From the NCBI GenBank assembly GCA_902778525.1, contig CACYXZ010000001.1, positions 4,522-68,521 of the forward strand: a stretch of DNA of 64,000 bases, written 5' to 3'. Both the position numbers and the translations under genes were made by a program. Positions within the stretch are counted from its first letter, which is position 1; each line of letters begins with the position of its first letter. Shown here one piece after another: positions 35,841-44,929 of the stretch. The notes under the pieces are model-generated. The model had not been told where the DNA came from. It did not search any database and saw only the letters and a list, made by a program, of their open reading frames with translations. Origin of the DNA: Oscillospiraceae bacterium (lineage in GTDB: Bacteria > Bacillota > Clostridia > Oscillospirales > Oscillospiraceae).

Positions 35841-37583
35841 ATGTTCAAACAACTGATGGGGTACATAGGCGAATACAAAAAGTACTTCATCCTGGCGCCG
35901 ATCCTGGTGGTCGGCGAATCTGTGGCGGAGCTGATCCTGCCCTATCTGATGGGACTGCTGGTCGGAAACGGCGTAGGCGGAAACAATATTCCGTATATGT
36001 ACCGGCTCGGCGCCATTATGATCGTTGTGGCGGCGCTGGGCATCGTCGACGGTATCTATGCCGCAAAATTCTCCGCCAAGGCGTCCCAGGGATTCGGCTA
36101 TAATCTGCGGGAGGCCCTGTTCCGGAAGGTTCAGACCTTCTCCTTTGCGGATGTGGACAAATTTTCCACGGCATCTCTGGTAACCCGCTGCACCACGGAC
36201 GTCAAGCAGCTCCAGCAGACGGCGATGGAACTGACCCGGGTGCTGATCCGGGCGCCCTCGCTGCTGTTTGTGTCGCTGTTTTTCTGCTTCCGCATGAACT
36301 TCCGGCTCAGCATTACGTTCCTTGTGGCAATCCCCACGCTCCTGGCGGTGGTGCTGATCATCGTGCACTTCACCACCCATCTCTTCGAGATCATGCAGAC
36401 CAAGATCGACAACCTCAACGCCTCCGTCCAGGAGAACCTGATCGCCATCCGGGTGGTCAAGAGCTTCGTACGGATGGCCTTTGAGAAACAGAAGTTCAAG
36501 AAGGCCAACGACGATCTGATGCGCACCTCCATCATGGCCACCATCCGGCTGAGCGTGATGCACCCGGCCACCATGATGGTGCTCTATATCACGACCCTTG
36601 CCATCTACTGGTTCGGCGGCCATATGGTCGGCAGCGGTCAGATGATGGACGGTCAGCTGCTGAGCTTTATTACTTATGTAAACCAAATCCTTATGAGCGT
36701 CATGATGTTTTCCATGGTGCTCATGGGTTTGACCCGGGCCCGGGCCTGCGGCCGCCGGGTGACGGAGGTTCTCAACCATGAGCCCGACATCCGGGACAGC
36801 CGGGAGGACGAGGGGGATGAGACGCCCATCCGGGGCGAGATCGTCTTCGAGAATGTCTCCTTCCGCTATCCCCAGTCCGACCGGAAGGGCATGGTGCTCC
36901 ACGACGTGAGCTTCCGCATCCCGGCCGGCTCCTTTGTGGCCATTGTAGGCGCCACCGGCGAGGGCAAGACCTCCCTGGTGAACCTGATCCCCCGTTTCTA
37001 TGACGCCACCTCCGGCGCAGTCTACGTGGATGGAAAGAATGTCAAAGACTACAACCTGCGGCATCTGAGAAAGCACATCGGCATGGTGCTCCAGAACAAT
37101 GTGCTCTTCACCGGCACAATTCGATCCAATCTTCAGTGGGGCAATCCCCAGGCGGACGACGAGGAGCTGCTCGCTGCCACCAAGGATTCTCAGGCCTACG
37201 AATTCATCTCCCGGTTCCCGGAGGGACTGGATACGCAGATCGACCAGGGCGGCGTCAATGTCTCCGGCGGCCAGAAGCAGCGGCTGTGCATCGCCCGGGC
37301 CATGCTGAAGAAGCCGTCGATCCTGATCCTGGACGACTCCACCTCCGCGGTGGACTCCGCGACGGAGGGAAAAATCCGGGAGACCTTCTACAACAAGTAC
37401 AAGGATACCACGGTGCTGCTGGTGGCCCAGCGGATCTCCTCGGTGCAGTACGCCGATCAGATCATCGTTCTGGAGCACGGCACCATCGAGGACATGGGCT
37501 CTCACGACGAGCTGATGGCCCGGTGCCGCGTGTATCAGGAAATCTACGCGTCCCAGCAGGAAGGGGGTGGCCTGGATGGCTAA
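35841..37583 (+). CDS. ABC exporter, fused permease/ATPase (heterodimer subunit A)
   Basis: 6-TM domain; Walker A GATGEGKTS, signature VSGGQKQRLCIARA, Walker B ILILDDSTSAVD. Confidence 0.92.
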   Translation: MFKQLMGYIGEYKKYFILAPILVVGESVAELILPYLMGLLVGNGVGGNNIPYMYRLGAIMIVVAALGIVDGIYAAKFSAKASQGFGYNLREALFRKVQTFSFADVDKFSTASLVTRCTTDVKQLQQTAMELTRVLIRAPSLLFVSLFFCFRMNFRLSITFLVAIPTLLAVVLIIVHFTTHLFEIMQTKIDNLNASVQENLIAIRVVKSFVRMAFEKQKFKKANDDLMRTSIMATIRLSVMHPATMMVLYITTLAIYWFGGHMVGSGQMMDGQLLSFITYVNQILMSVMMFSMVLMGLTRARACGRRVTEVLNHEPDIRDSREDEGDETPIRGEIVFENVSFRYPQSDRKGMVLHDVSFRIPAGSFVAIVGATGEGKTSLVNLIPRFYDATSGAVYVDGKNVKDYNLRHLRKHIGMVLQNNVLFTGTIRSNLQWGNPQADDEELLAATKDSQAYEFISRFPEGLDTQIDQGGVNVSGGQKQRLCIARAMLKKPSILILDDSTSAVDSATEGKIRETFYNKYKDTTVLLVAQRISSVQYADQIIVLEHGTIEDMGSHDELMARCRVYQEIYASQQEGGGLDG

Positions 37584-39570
37584 GAAAAAAGACACTGCCC
37601 CTGCCGTGGACACCAAGGGCAAGACCGAGGAAGAGGACGACGAGGAGGGCAGCTACAAGGGTTCTATGCGCGGACAGCGGGGACCCGGCGGTGCCAAGGA
37701 CTTCCGCAAGCCCAAGGACACCCGCGGCACCATCCGCCGGCTGCTGACCTATGTGGTGCACAACAAGCTCCTTCTGGTGTTCGTGTTGCTGATGATGCTG
37801 TTGGCGTCCATCGTGGATCTGCGGGCCGGTTATTACCTCAAACCCCTGATCGACGACTGCATCATCCCGGTCATCAAAGACCCGTCCATCGGCTGGAGTC
37901 CGCTGGCGCACCAGCTGCTGAAGCTGCTGGGCCTGTATATATTCGGCGCGGCAGCCTCCTATGGACAGGGCCTGCTGATGAGCTTCCTGTCCCAGCGGGC
38001 CATCAACAAGCTCCGGGGCGACCTGTTTGACAAGCTCCAGGAGATGCCAATTTCCTACTATGACGCCAACGGAAACGGCGAGATCATGTCCCGGTTCACC
38101 AATGACGCCGACAACGTGCAGATGGCCATGGAGCAGACCGTCACCATGATGATCTCCTCCGTCATCAACTTTGTGGGCACGGTGGCCCTGATGATCTACC
38201 TGAACTGGATCCTGTTTCTGATCGTGGTGGCCTTCATGGCGGTGGACTACATCATCGTCCGGAAGATTTCCAAGCGCTCCAAGGTCCTCTACAAGGCCCA
38301 GCAGCGGAATCTGGGCCGTGTCAACGCCTACGTGGAGGAGATGGTGGAGGGCATCAAAGTCGTCAAGGCCTTCAACTACGAGGAGGAGATCAAAACCGAA
38401 TTCACCGGAAAGGACCGGGCCTATCGGGATGCGGCCATGGACGCGACCTACGTGGGCATGATCATCATGCCGGTTCTGAACCAGGTCATGGGCATCTGCT
38501 ACGCCGTGACGGCGGTGATCGGCGGACTGTTCGTGATCTCCACCCTCAGCACCGGCGCCGCCGTGGGAGGCGTGGTGTTCACAGTGGGTTCCCTGGGAAC
38601 CTATCTCAATTACACCAAGCGTGTGGCCATGCCCATCAACCAGGTGTCCCAGCAGATGGTCACGCTGCTCTCCGCCGTGGCCGGCGCCGAGCGGATCTTC
38701 GCGGTCATGGATTCCCAGCCTGAGGTGGACGAGGGCAAAGTCACCATGGTGCCTGTGGATGAAAACGGGCGGGAGATGGATTCCTGGCTCACCAACAAGG
38801 GCGAGGCGTGGAAGACGGAAAACGGTCTGGTTCCCCTGAAGGGGCATGTGCAGATCCAGGATATCTCCTTCCACTATGTGGAGGGCAAGCCGGTTCTCAA
38901 GCACGTCTCCGTGGAGGCGCTCCCCGGCCAGAAGATCGCCTTTGTGGGTTCCACCGGCGCGGGAAAGACCACCATCACCAACCTGATCAACCGCTTCTAC
39001 GACGTGCAGGAGGGCCGGATCCTCTACGACGGCATCGACGTCAAGGACATCAAGAAGGACGACCTGCGCAGGTCTCTGGTGGTGATCCTGCAGGATACCC
39101 ACCTGTTCAGCGGCACCATCATGGAGAATATCCGCTACGGCCGGCTCAACGCCACCGACGAGGAGTGCATCCAGGCGGCCAAACGGGCCAACGCCTACAA
39201 CTTCATCATGTCCCTGCCGGACGGGTTCGACACCTATATTACCGGCGACGGCGGCAGCCTGTCTCAGGGCCAGCGGCAGCTTCTGAACATCGCCCGGGCG
39301 GCGGTGGCGAAGCCTCCGGTACTGATCATGGACGAGGCCACCTCCTCCATCGACACCCGGACGGAGAAGGAAATCGAAAAGGGCATGGACGGCCTGATGC
39401 ACGGAAAAACGGTGTTCGTCATCGCCCACCGGCTCTCCACCGTCCGGAACTCCGACAAGATCTGCGTCATCGAGGCCGGCGAGATCATCGAGTTCGGAAG
39501 CCACAGAGAGCTTCTGGCCAAAGGCGGAAGATACTACGAACTGTATACGGGCCAGCATATGCTGGAGTGA
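37576..39570 (+). CDS. ABC exporter, fused permease/ATPase (heterodimer subunit B)
   Basis: Walker A GSTGAGKTT, signature LSQGQRQLLNIARA, Walker B VLIMDEATSSID; basic/acidic N-terminal extension; 8-nt overlap with subunit A. Confidence 0.92.
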   Translation: MAKKKDTAPAVDTKGKTEEEDDEEGSYKGSMRGQRGPGGAKDFRKPKDTRGTIRRLLTYVVHNKLLLVFVLLMMLLASIVDLRAGYYLKPLIDDCIIPVIKDPSIGWSPLAHQLLKLLGLYIFGAAASYGQGLLMSFLSQRAINKLRGDLFDKLQEMPISYYDANGNGEIMSRFTNDADNVQMAMEQTVTMMISSVINFVGTVALMIYLNWILFLIVVAFMAVDYIIVRKISKRSKVLYKAQQRNLGRVNAYVEEMVEGIKVVKAFNYEEEIKTEFTGKDRAYRDAAMDATYVGMIIMPVLNQVMGICYAVTAVIGGLFVISTLSTGAAVGGVVFTVGSLGTYLNYTKRVAMPINQVSQQMVTLLSAVAGAERIFAVMDSQPEVDEGKVTMVPVDENGREMDSWLTNKGEAWKTENGLVPLKGHVQIQDISFHYVEGKPVLKHVSVEALPGQKIAFVGSTGAGKTTITNLINRFYDVQEGRILYDGIDVKDIKKDDLRRSLVVILQDTHLFSGTIMENIRYGRLNATDEECIQAAKRANAYNFIMSLPDGFDTYITGDGGSLSQGQRQLLNIARAAVAKPPVLIMDEATSSIDTRTEKEIEKGMDGLMHGKTVFVIAHRLSTVRNSDKICVIEAGEIIEFGSHRELLAKGGRYYELYTGQHMLE

Positions 39571-39580
39571 CCGAAAACAC

Positions 39581-39614
39581 GGATCCGGCTCCCCATCGGG
39601 AGCCGGATCCTTTT
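39581..39614 (+). terminator. Rho-independent terminator after the ABC exporter operon
   Basis: ggatccggctccc-catc-gggagccggatcc then TTTT. Confidence 0.8.
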
Positions 39615-39834
39615 ATGCAGGGAACAGGGGACTGGCCCCCGTCATAGATTGCTAAAGCGGTGGAGGAACGGGCCTCCCATCCAGGTCTTTCCGGGATTTC
39701 GACGGGTTTTGACAGAATATGACTTGTTTTTTACGAGAAATTCCGCTATGATTGCACAAGCGGGATTCCAGAATTTGTACAGGCTGGAACCGGGACAAAT
39801 GGAGATGCTAATACCGCAGACAGGAGGAACTGGG

Positions 39835-40935
39835 ATGGCGGATACCATATTAGAAACCATGCGGGAAATGCTGCGGGTCACACCGGCGGCCCGAATGCTG
39901 TTTTCCGGACAGACGCTTGTGGCGGCGTCTGCCGCAGCGATCAGGCTGTTTCCGCTGGCCAGTGAGGGAGCGCAGGCTGATGAGATCTTTGGCGGATGGG
40001 CGGAGCAGTTCCGTTCCTACGTGCCTGGAAGCAGCCTGCTGTTTTCCATCACGGAACCGGAGCTGCACTGTGACGTCACCATGACGGACTGCGGCGCATA
40101 TACGCTCGTCAGTCTGGAACCGGAGCGGGAACAGCTTGGAATCCAGACGCTTCAGGCGATCGCGGACCGGCTCCGGCAGCCCATGGCTTCCGTCATGGCG
40201 GTGACGCCGAAGCTGCTGCCGCTGCTGGAGGAATCCGCGGAACCTCTGGCGATGGATTGGGCGGCGTCGCTGAATAAGAATCTGTATTCCATGATGCGCA
40301 CCGCTGGAAACCTTCGGCTTTACGGAGATACCAGCACAGGGATGGCGCTTCAGACCTCCCGTGTGGACCTGGCGGCATGGCTTGAGAGCCTGCTGGACCG
40401 GGCGGAGCCGCTGATCCGGGAAGCCGGCTTGTCCCTTGTCCGGGAGATCGAACCGGGCAGCTGCCTCTGCGAAATTGACCGGGAACGGATGGAGCAGGCG
40501 GTTCTGAACCTGCTTTCCAATGCCATCAAATTTTCCAAGGCGGGCAAGGAGATCCGCGTCTGCCTGCGGAGGAAGGGCCAGCGGGCGGAGATCGCGGTCC
40601 GGGATCAGGGCTGCGGGATCCCGCCGGATCAGATGGGACTGATCTTCTCCCGCAGCGAGCATCGGGACCCGATCCCGGATCCCCGCTGGGGCGTGGGATT
40701 CGGACTGCCGCTGACCCGCCGGATCGTTCAGGCCCACGGCGGACAGTTGATGCTCGAATCCCGGGAAACCGGCACATCCGTGTTTGTCGCCCTGAATCTG
40801 CGGGAACGAAAGGATCATATCCTGCGGACCCCTGTGAAAACACCGGTGTGCGAAAATGGGATCGACAGCGTGCTGCTGGAACTGGCGGACGCGCTGCCGG
40901 ATCGGGTCTTTGACACCAGAGAAATCGATCTCTAA
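39835..40935 (+). CDS. cytoplasmic orphan histidine-kinase-like protein (HATPase_c intact, H-box His apparently Asp)
   Basis: aggagg 7 nt before ATG 39835; N box LLSNAIKFS, G1 RDQGCGI, G2 GVGFGLPL; H-box position reads AIADRLRQPMASV instead of xSHELRTPLxxI; no TM segment. Confidence 0.78.
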   Translation: MADTILETMREMLRVTPAARMLFSGQTLVAASAAAIRLFPLASEGAQADEIFGGWAEQFRSYVPGSSLLFSITEPELHCDVTMTDCGAYTLVSLEPEREQLGIQTLQAIADRLRQPMASVMAVTPKLLPLLEESAEPLAMDWAASLNKNLYSMMRTAGNLRLYGDTSTGMALQTSRVDLAAWLESLLDRAEPLIREAGLSLVREIEPGSCLCEIDRERMEQAVLNLLSNAIKFSKAGKEIRVCLRRKGQRAEIAVRDQGCGIPPDQMGLIFSRSEHRDPIPDPRWGVGFGLPLTRRIVQAHGGQLMLESRETGTSVFVALNLRERKDHILRTPVKTPVCENGIDSVLLELADALPDRVFDTREIDL

Positions 40936-40942
40936 GAGCGTG

Positions 40943-40975
40943 AAAAAGCGGGTGGCGCCGGCCATCCGCTTTTCT
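40943..40975. terminator. Candidate bidirectional terminator (HK-like / hlyIII)
   Basis: aaaagcgg...ccgctttt inverted repeat between convergent genes. Confidence 0.5.
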
Positions 40976-40981
40976 GTCTTG

Positions 40982-41656
40982 TTATCGAACCATTTGATAG
41001 ATCATGACAAAGTGGGCGATACTGCCCAGTACAATGAATACATGGAAGATTTCGTGGCATCCGAAATACTTGTTGTTGCGGCCCGGCCACTTCAGCGCGT
41101 ACAGTACGCCGCCGATGGAATACAGGATCCCGCCGGCGAGCAGCATCGCGAAGCAGATGGGCGTCATGACCGTGTGCAGGGGATAGATGGCGAAAATAGC
41201 GGTCCAACCCATTACCAGATAGATTACGGCGGTCAGAGCCCGGGGCATCCGGATCCAGAACAGGGTAAAGGCGCTGCCCAGCAGGGCCATGGACCAGACC
41301 ACGATCAGCATGATCCGTCCGGAGAGCATCCCGTTCATGGAGATCAGGCACACGGGCGTGTAGGTTCCGGCAATCAGAAAATAGATCATCAGATGATCCA
41401 GCTTTCGAAGCAGGAGCCTTCCCCGGATGGAAGTGTTCAGAGAATGATAGACGGTACTGGCGGTGTACAGGCAGAGCATGCTGACCGCGTAGACGGATAC
41501 GGCGGTTACGGTCAAGGCGCTCCGGTGTACGGTGATGGTGAGCAGAACGGCCAAAGCCAGCAGCGCCAGCACGATGCCGACGCCATGGGTCAGCGCGGAG
41601 TAGAAGCGAATCCCGTCATAGGGATTGCGGCCTTGTTCACTGTATTTTTCTTTCAC
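40982..41656 (-). CDS. hemolysin III / PAQR-family membrane protein
   Basis: 7-TM; YSALTHGVGIVLA...HLMIYFLIAGTYTP...GCHEIFHVFIVLGS. Confidence 0.9.
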   Translation of the reverse strand: MKEKYSEQGRNPYDGIRFYSALTHGVGIVLALLALAVLLTITVHRSALTVTAVSVYAVSMLCLYTASTVYHSLNTSIRGRLLLRKLDHLMIYFLIAGTYTPVCLISMNGMLSGRIMLIVVWSMALLGSAFTLFWIRMPRALTAVIYLVMGWTAIFAIYPLHTVMTPICFAMLLAGGILYSIGGVLYALKWPGRNNKYFGCHEIFHVFIVLGSIAHFVMIYQMVR

Positions 41657-41770
41657 TGGGGATCCCTCCTCTACGATAGTATGTTACGGTTTACGGCTTT
41701 AGTATACTGCTGAAATCACGCAAAGTCAATATAATAACTGCATAATATAATTATGAAAATTATATGAATA

Positions 41771-41805
41771 AAGAAAGAAACGCACCGGCCACAGGGCCGA
41801 TGCGC
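41771..41805 (-). terminator. Candidate terminator after the GNAT gene
   Basis: Minus strand gcatcggcc-ctgt-ggccggtgc followed by the T-rich run tttctttcttt. Confidence 0.5.
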
Positions 41806-41818
41806 AGGGAAGATTTGG

Positions 41819-42289
41819 TCAGAGTATTTTCTCCATCAGGGTTTTCTGGATCCCGAAGCCCATTTTTTCGTAGAAGGCTCTGGCCCGGTCGTTGCCCTCC
41901 CAGACATTCAGCGTGACGTTGTAGCAGCCGCGCTCCCGGGCAAAGTCGAGGGCGCGTTCATACAGGCTGCGGGCGACCGGCGTGCCCCGGGATTGAGGAT
42001 CCACACACAGATCATCGATATACAGGGTCTTCATGTCGTGCATATTATGGGATCCGGAGCGTTCCTGCAGCTCACAGAAGCAATAGCCCAGCAGGGAGCC
42101 CTGATCGTCCTTCGCGACAAACACCGGCGTATTCGGGTTTGAGAAGATGGCCAGCAGTTCTTCGTCGGTGTATTTTTTTGTGCCGGAGATGAAAAGATCC
42201 GGCCGCAGACGTGCGTGAAGATCCAGCACGTCGTGAAGCAGCGCGTTTACCGGCTCCAGATCGGAAGATTGGGCAGTGGAAATGAACAT
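41819..42289 (-). CDS. GNAT-family N-acetyltransferase
   Basis: LYIDDLCVDPQSRGTPVARSLYERALDFARERGCYNVTLNVWEGNDRARAFYEKMGF. Confidence 0.87.
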   Translation of the reverse strand: MFISTAQSSDLEPVNALLHDVLDLHARLRPDLFISGTKKYTDEELLAIFSNPNTPVFVAKDDQGSLLGYCFCELQERSGSHNMHDMKTLYIDDLCVDPQSRGTPVARSLYERALDFARERGCYNVTLNVWEGNDRARAFYEKMGFGIQKTLMEKIL

Positions 42290-42325
42290 GAGAAGGCCTC
42301 CTGTTTTGCCTGGCCGCAGGGCGTG

Positions 42326-43276
42326 TCAGCGGTAGAGCGGCAGCAGAGCGGCGCCGATGATGCCGGCGTCGTTGCCGAGGGCGGCGCGGACGATCCGGGT
42401 CCGGTGGCGGGAATGACGGGCGTAGTCCTCCTGCTCGACCAGTTCGCGCACCGGTCCCAGGAGGGTTTCGCCCTGGTTGCAGATGCCGCCGCCCACGCAC
42501 AGCACCTCCGGCTGGAAGATGTTGATGACGGAGGCCAGGCCGCAGGCAAGATGCTTGACATAGGTCTGGAACACTTCCGTGGCGGTCTTGTCGCCCAGCA
42601 GCATGGCGTCGAACACGGTCCGGCCGTCCACCTGATCGAGAGCACGGGCCACCTGCCACATCAGGGAATCCGGGTTAGCTTCCATGGCCCGGCGGGTCTG
42701 GCGGATCAGCGCAGTGGCGGAGCAGTAGGCCTCAAAGCAGCCCTTCCGGCCGCAGTTGCAGGGTTCGCCGTCCTCCACGATGACAAAATGACCGATCTCT
42801 CCGCCAGCGAAGTTGAAGCCGGTGAGCAGCCGGTTGTTGATGACCACGCCGCCTCCCACGCCGGTACCCAGCGTGATGGCGACCAGAGAGTCGGCATCCT
42901 TTCCGGAGCCGGCAATATATTCTCCCAGCGCGGCGGCGTTGGCGTCGTTTTCCAGCAGGACCGGCCGGTGCATCAGATCCTCCACCAGCGCGGAAAGCGG
43001 CGTATCGTTGAAATCCAGATTGCAGCTGTATTCCACGACGCCTTCCTCAATATTGGTGATGCCGGGGGTGCCGATTCCGATGGATTCGATGTCCTCCAGG
43101 GAACATCCCGTGGCGGAGACGGCCTGACGGCAGCTTTCGGCGATGCGTTCGGCAATGTGCTCCGGAGAATCCGGAAGGCCTGTGGGAATGGAGGAACGGC
43201 CCAGAAGCTCGCCCTTTTCCGTGACGACTGCACTGGCAATATTGGTCCCGCCGAGGTCGACACCGAGATAGTACAT
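42326..43276 (-). CDS. ROK-family glucokinase
   Basis: MYYLGVDLGGTNIASAVV; Zn motif CNCGRKGCFEAY. Confidence 0.9.
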   Translation of the reverse strand: MYYLGVDLGGTNIASAVVTEKGELLGRSSIPTGLPDSPEHIAERIAESCRQAVSATGCSLEDIESIGIGTPGITNIEEGVVEYSCNLDFNDTPLSALVEDLMHRPVLLENDANAAALGEYIAGSGKDADSLVAITLGTGVGGGVVINNRLLTGFNFAGGEIGHFVIVEDGEPCNCGRKGCFEAYCSATALIRQTRRAMEANPDSLMWQVARALDQVDGRTVFDAMLLGDKTATEVFQTYVKHLACGLASVINIFQPEVLCVGGGICNQGETLLGPVRELVEQEDYARHSRHRTRIVRAALGNDAGIIGAALLPLYR

Positions 43277-43461
43277 TAAAAATCCTCCCTTACAGGTGGT
43301 ATGTAACGTTTGGATAGTTTCATTCTACGACAATTTCATCCGTTCGTCAAGGTGAAATGGATGATGAGGGCGCAAAGTGAACATTCGCGGCCCGGAACAG
43401 ATATAGTATAATGATACCGACCCTGAAACGGGAACTGATTCTACGAAAGAAGGCGATCTCA

Positions 43462-44892
43462 ATGACCAAGATCAAGGGAATCGAATATGATCCTCCGGTA
43501 CGGCAGCCGTTCAAAATGCCAACCCTGGAGGAGATGATGGCGATCATGGGACCTCCCCCCGGCGGTCCCGGCGGTCCCGGAGGCCCCGGCGGCCCGGGCG
43601 GTCCCGGAGGCCCTCCCGGCGGCATGAATACGCCCAAATACCCGGTGGCCATGCTGGAAAACGGAAATTTCACCATGGGTGAGTTTGAAAAAGCTCCGGT
43701 CATTGCCGGAACCATCGGTCCGGACGAGGCCAAAGCGGTCTACATCGAGTCGGATGATCCGGATGCCGGCGGAATTACCGTTTCCGGAGAGGGGCAGAAG
43801 TATACGGTGGAGGATTCTACCATCTTCCTGCACTCCAATTCCAATGGTCTGGGCGGCAAGGGATCCGGATTGTTCGCCAACGACCATGCGGAAATGACGG
43901 TCAGGAACTGCAAGGTCCTGACGGTGGGCAAGTCCCGCTGCTGCACGGCCACCGAGCAGTACTCCAAAATGTATGTGTACAACTCCTACCTCCACGGCCA
44001 CGGCGCGCCCTTCGGCCCCGCCGCCGCCAATCTGGAGGATGCGGGCCATCCCCCCGCGGCGCTGGAGATCTCCGGCAACTGCCGGACCCACTGCACCCAG
44101 TCCAATTCCGAGACCTACTTCTATGATTCCACCATCATCGGAGACGGCTGGGCGGCCCTGTCCACTGACGGCTCCGGGGGCTATGTGAAGCTGGAGGCCA
44201 ACAACTGCAAGGTGCAGACCATCCTCTCCGGCTACGGCGCCTACGCCGACGGCATGTGCCATGACTTCTTTAACTCCTGCGACTTTGACGTGGCGGATCA
44301 GGCGGGCATCATGGCCGGCGAGTGCGACATGACCTTCAACGACTGCACCGCCGTCTGCGGCAGCTACTTCGCACACATCCACTGCGTCATGGGCATGCCG
44401 GAAGAGGTGGGCACCCTGACGGTGAAGGACAGCGTCATCAACACCGCCAAGGATGCCATTTCCATCCGCTCCCAGAACGCCATCGTGAACATTGAGGCCA
44501 GCGAGATCATTCCGGACAACGGGGTGCTGGTCCACTCCATCGTGAATACCGATCCCAACGCCACCAAGACCGGCGGCAAGCGGGTCTACGGCATCCATGT
44601 GTATGTGAAGGATTCCGACCTGGAGGGCGCCGTCCTCCATGAGGACCCGGATCGCGAGATGAACGTCTATCTGGAGAACGCGAACCTGACGGGCGCGATC
44701 CGGGGCGCCATCCTCCACTTCGACGGGGAGAGCACCTGGACCGCCACCAACCAGTCCAGTGTCACCATCGCCGGCAACGTGGATCCGGCACAGATCGACG
44801 CCCCGGCGGGCATCGTGATCGAGGCCGTCTGTGGACAGGAGGGCAGCATCACCCTTGCCTCCGGCGGCAAACTGAAGATGATAAAGGCCTGA
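43462..44892 (+). CDS. Cys-rich, predicted right-handed beta-helix repeat protein with (GGP)6 tract, no signal peptide (paralogue 2)
   Basis: gaaagaagg RBS before ATG 43462 (MTKIKGIEYD; ORF start 43411 rejected); motif blocks colinear with 19455-20840. Confidence 0.6.
   Translation: MTKIKGIEYDPPVRQPFKMPTLEEMMAIMGPPPGGPGGPGGPGGPGGPGGPPGGMNTPKYPVAMLENGNFTMGEFEKAPVIAGTIGPDEAKAVYIESDDPDAGGITVSGEGQKYTVEDSTIFLHSNSNGLGGKGSGLFANDHAEMTVRNCKVLTVGKSRCCTATEQYSKMYVYNSYLHGHGAPFGPAAANLEDAGHPPAALEISGNCRTHCTQSNSETYFYDSTIIGDGWAALSTDGSGGYVKLEANNCKVQTILSGYGAYADGMCHDFFNSCDFDVADQAGIMAGECDMTFNDCTAVCGSYFAHIHCVMGMPEEVGTLTVKDSVINTAKDAISIRSQNAIVNIEASEIIPDNGVLVHSIVNTDPNATKTGGKRVYGIHVYVKDSDLEGAVLHEDPDREMNVYLENANLTGAIRGAILHFDGESTWTATNQSSVTIAGNVDPAQIDAPAGIVIEAVCGQEGSITLASGGKLKMIKA
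43549..43623 (+). repeat. In-frame low-complexity Gly/Pro tract (GPPP-(GGP)6-PGG)
   Basis: ggcggtccc/ggaggcccc-type 9-nt units repeated; encodes GPPPGGPGGPGGPGGPGGPGGPPGG. Confidence 0.9.
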
Positions 44893-44897
44893 GGAAA

Positions 44898-44929
44898 AAG
44901 CAGGAGGACGATGGTCCTCCTGCTTTTTT
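44898..44929. terminator. Bidirectional Rho-independent terminator (beta-helix paralogue 2 / spmB)
   Basis: aagcaggaggac-gatg-gtcctcctgctt then TTTT; A5 on the other side. Confidence 0.85.

Noticed and set aside
35295-39558. Two very long minus-strand ORFs (775 aa and 698 aa) opposite the MarR/ABC exporter operon
   Set aside because: Both are shadow ORFs. The plus strand carries complete Walker A, signature and Walker B sets and TM domains. The antisense products are low-complexity (H/G/D/R/L rich).
43549-43623. Short tandem nucleotide repeat (ggcggtccc / ggaggcccc units) as a possible CRISPR or VNTR locus
   Set aside because: It is in-frame inside a CDS and encodes a Gly/Pro low-complexity tract. 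There are no spacers and no cas genes.
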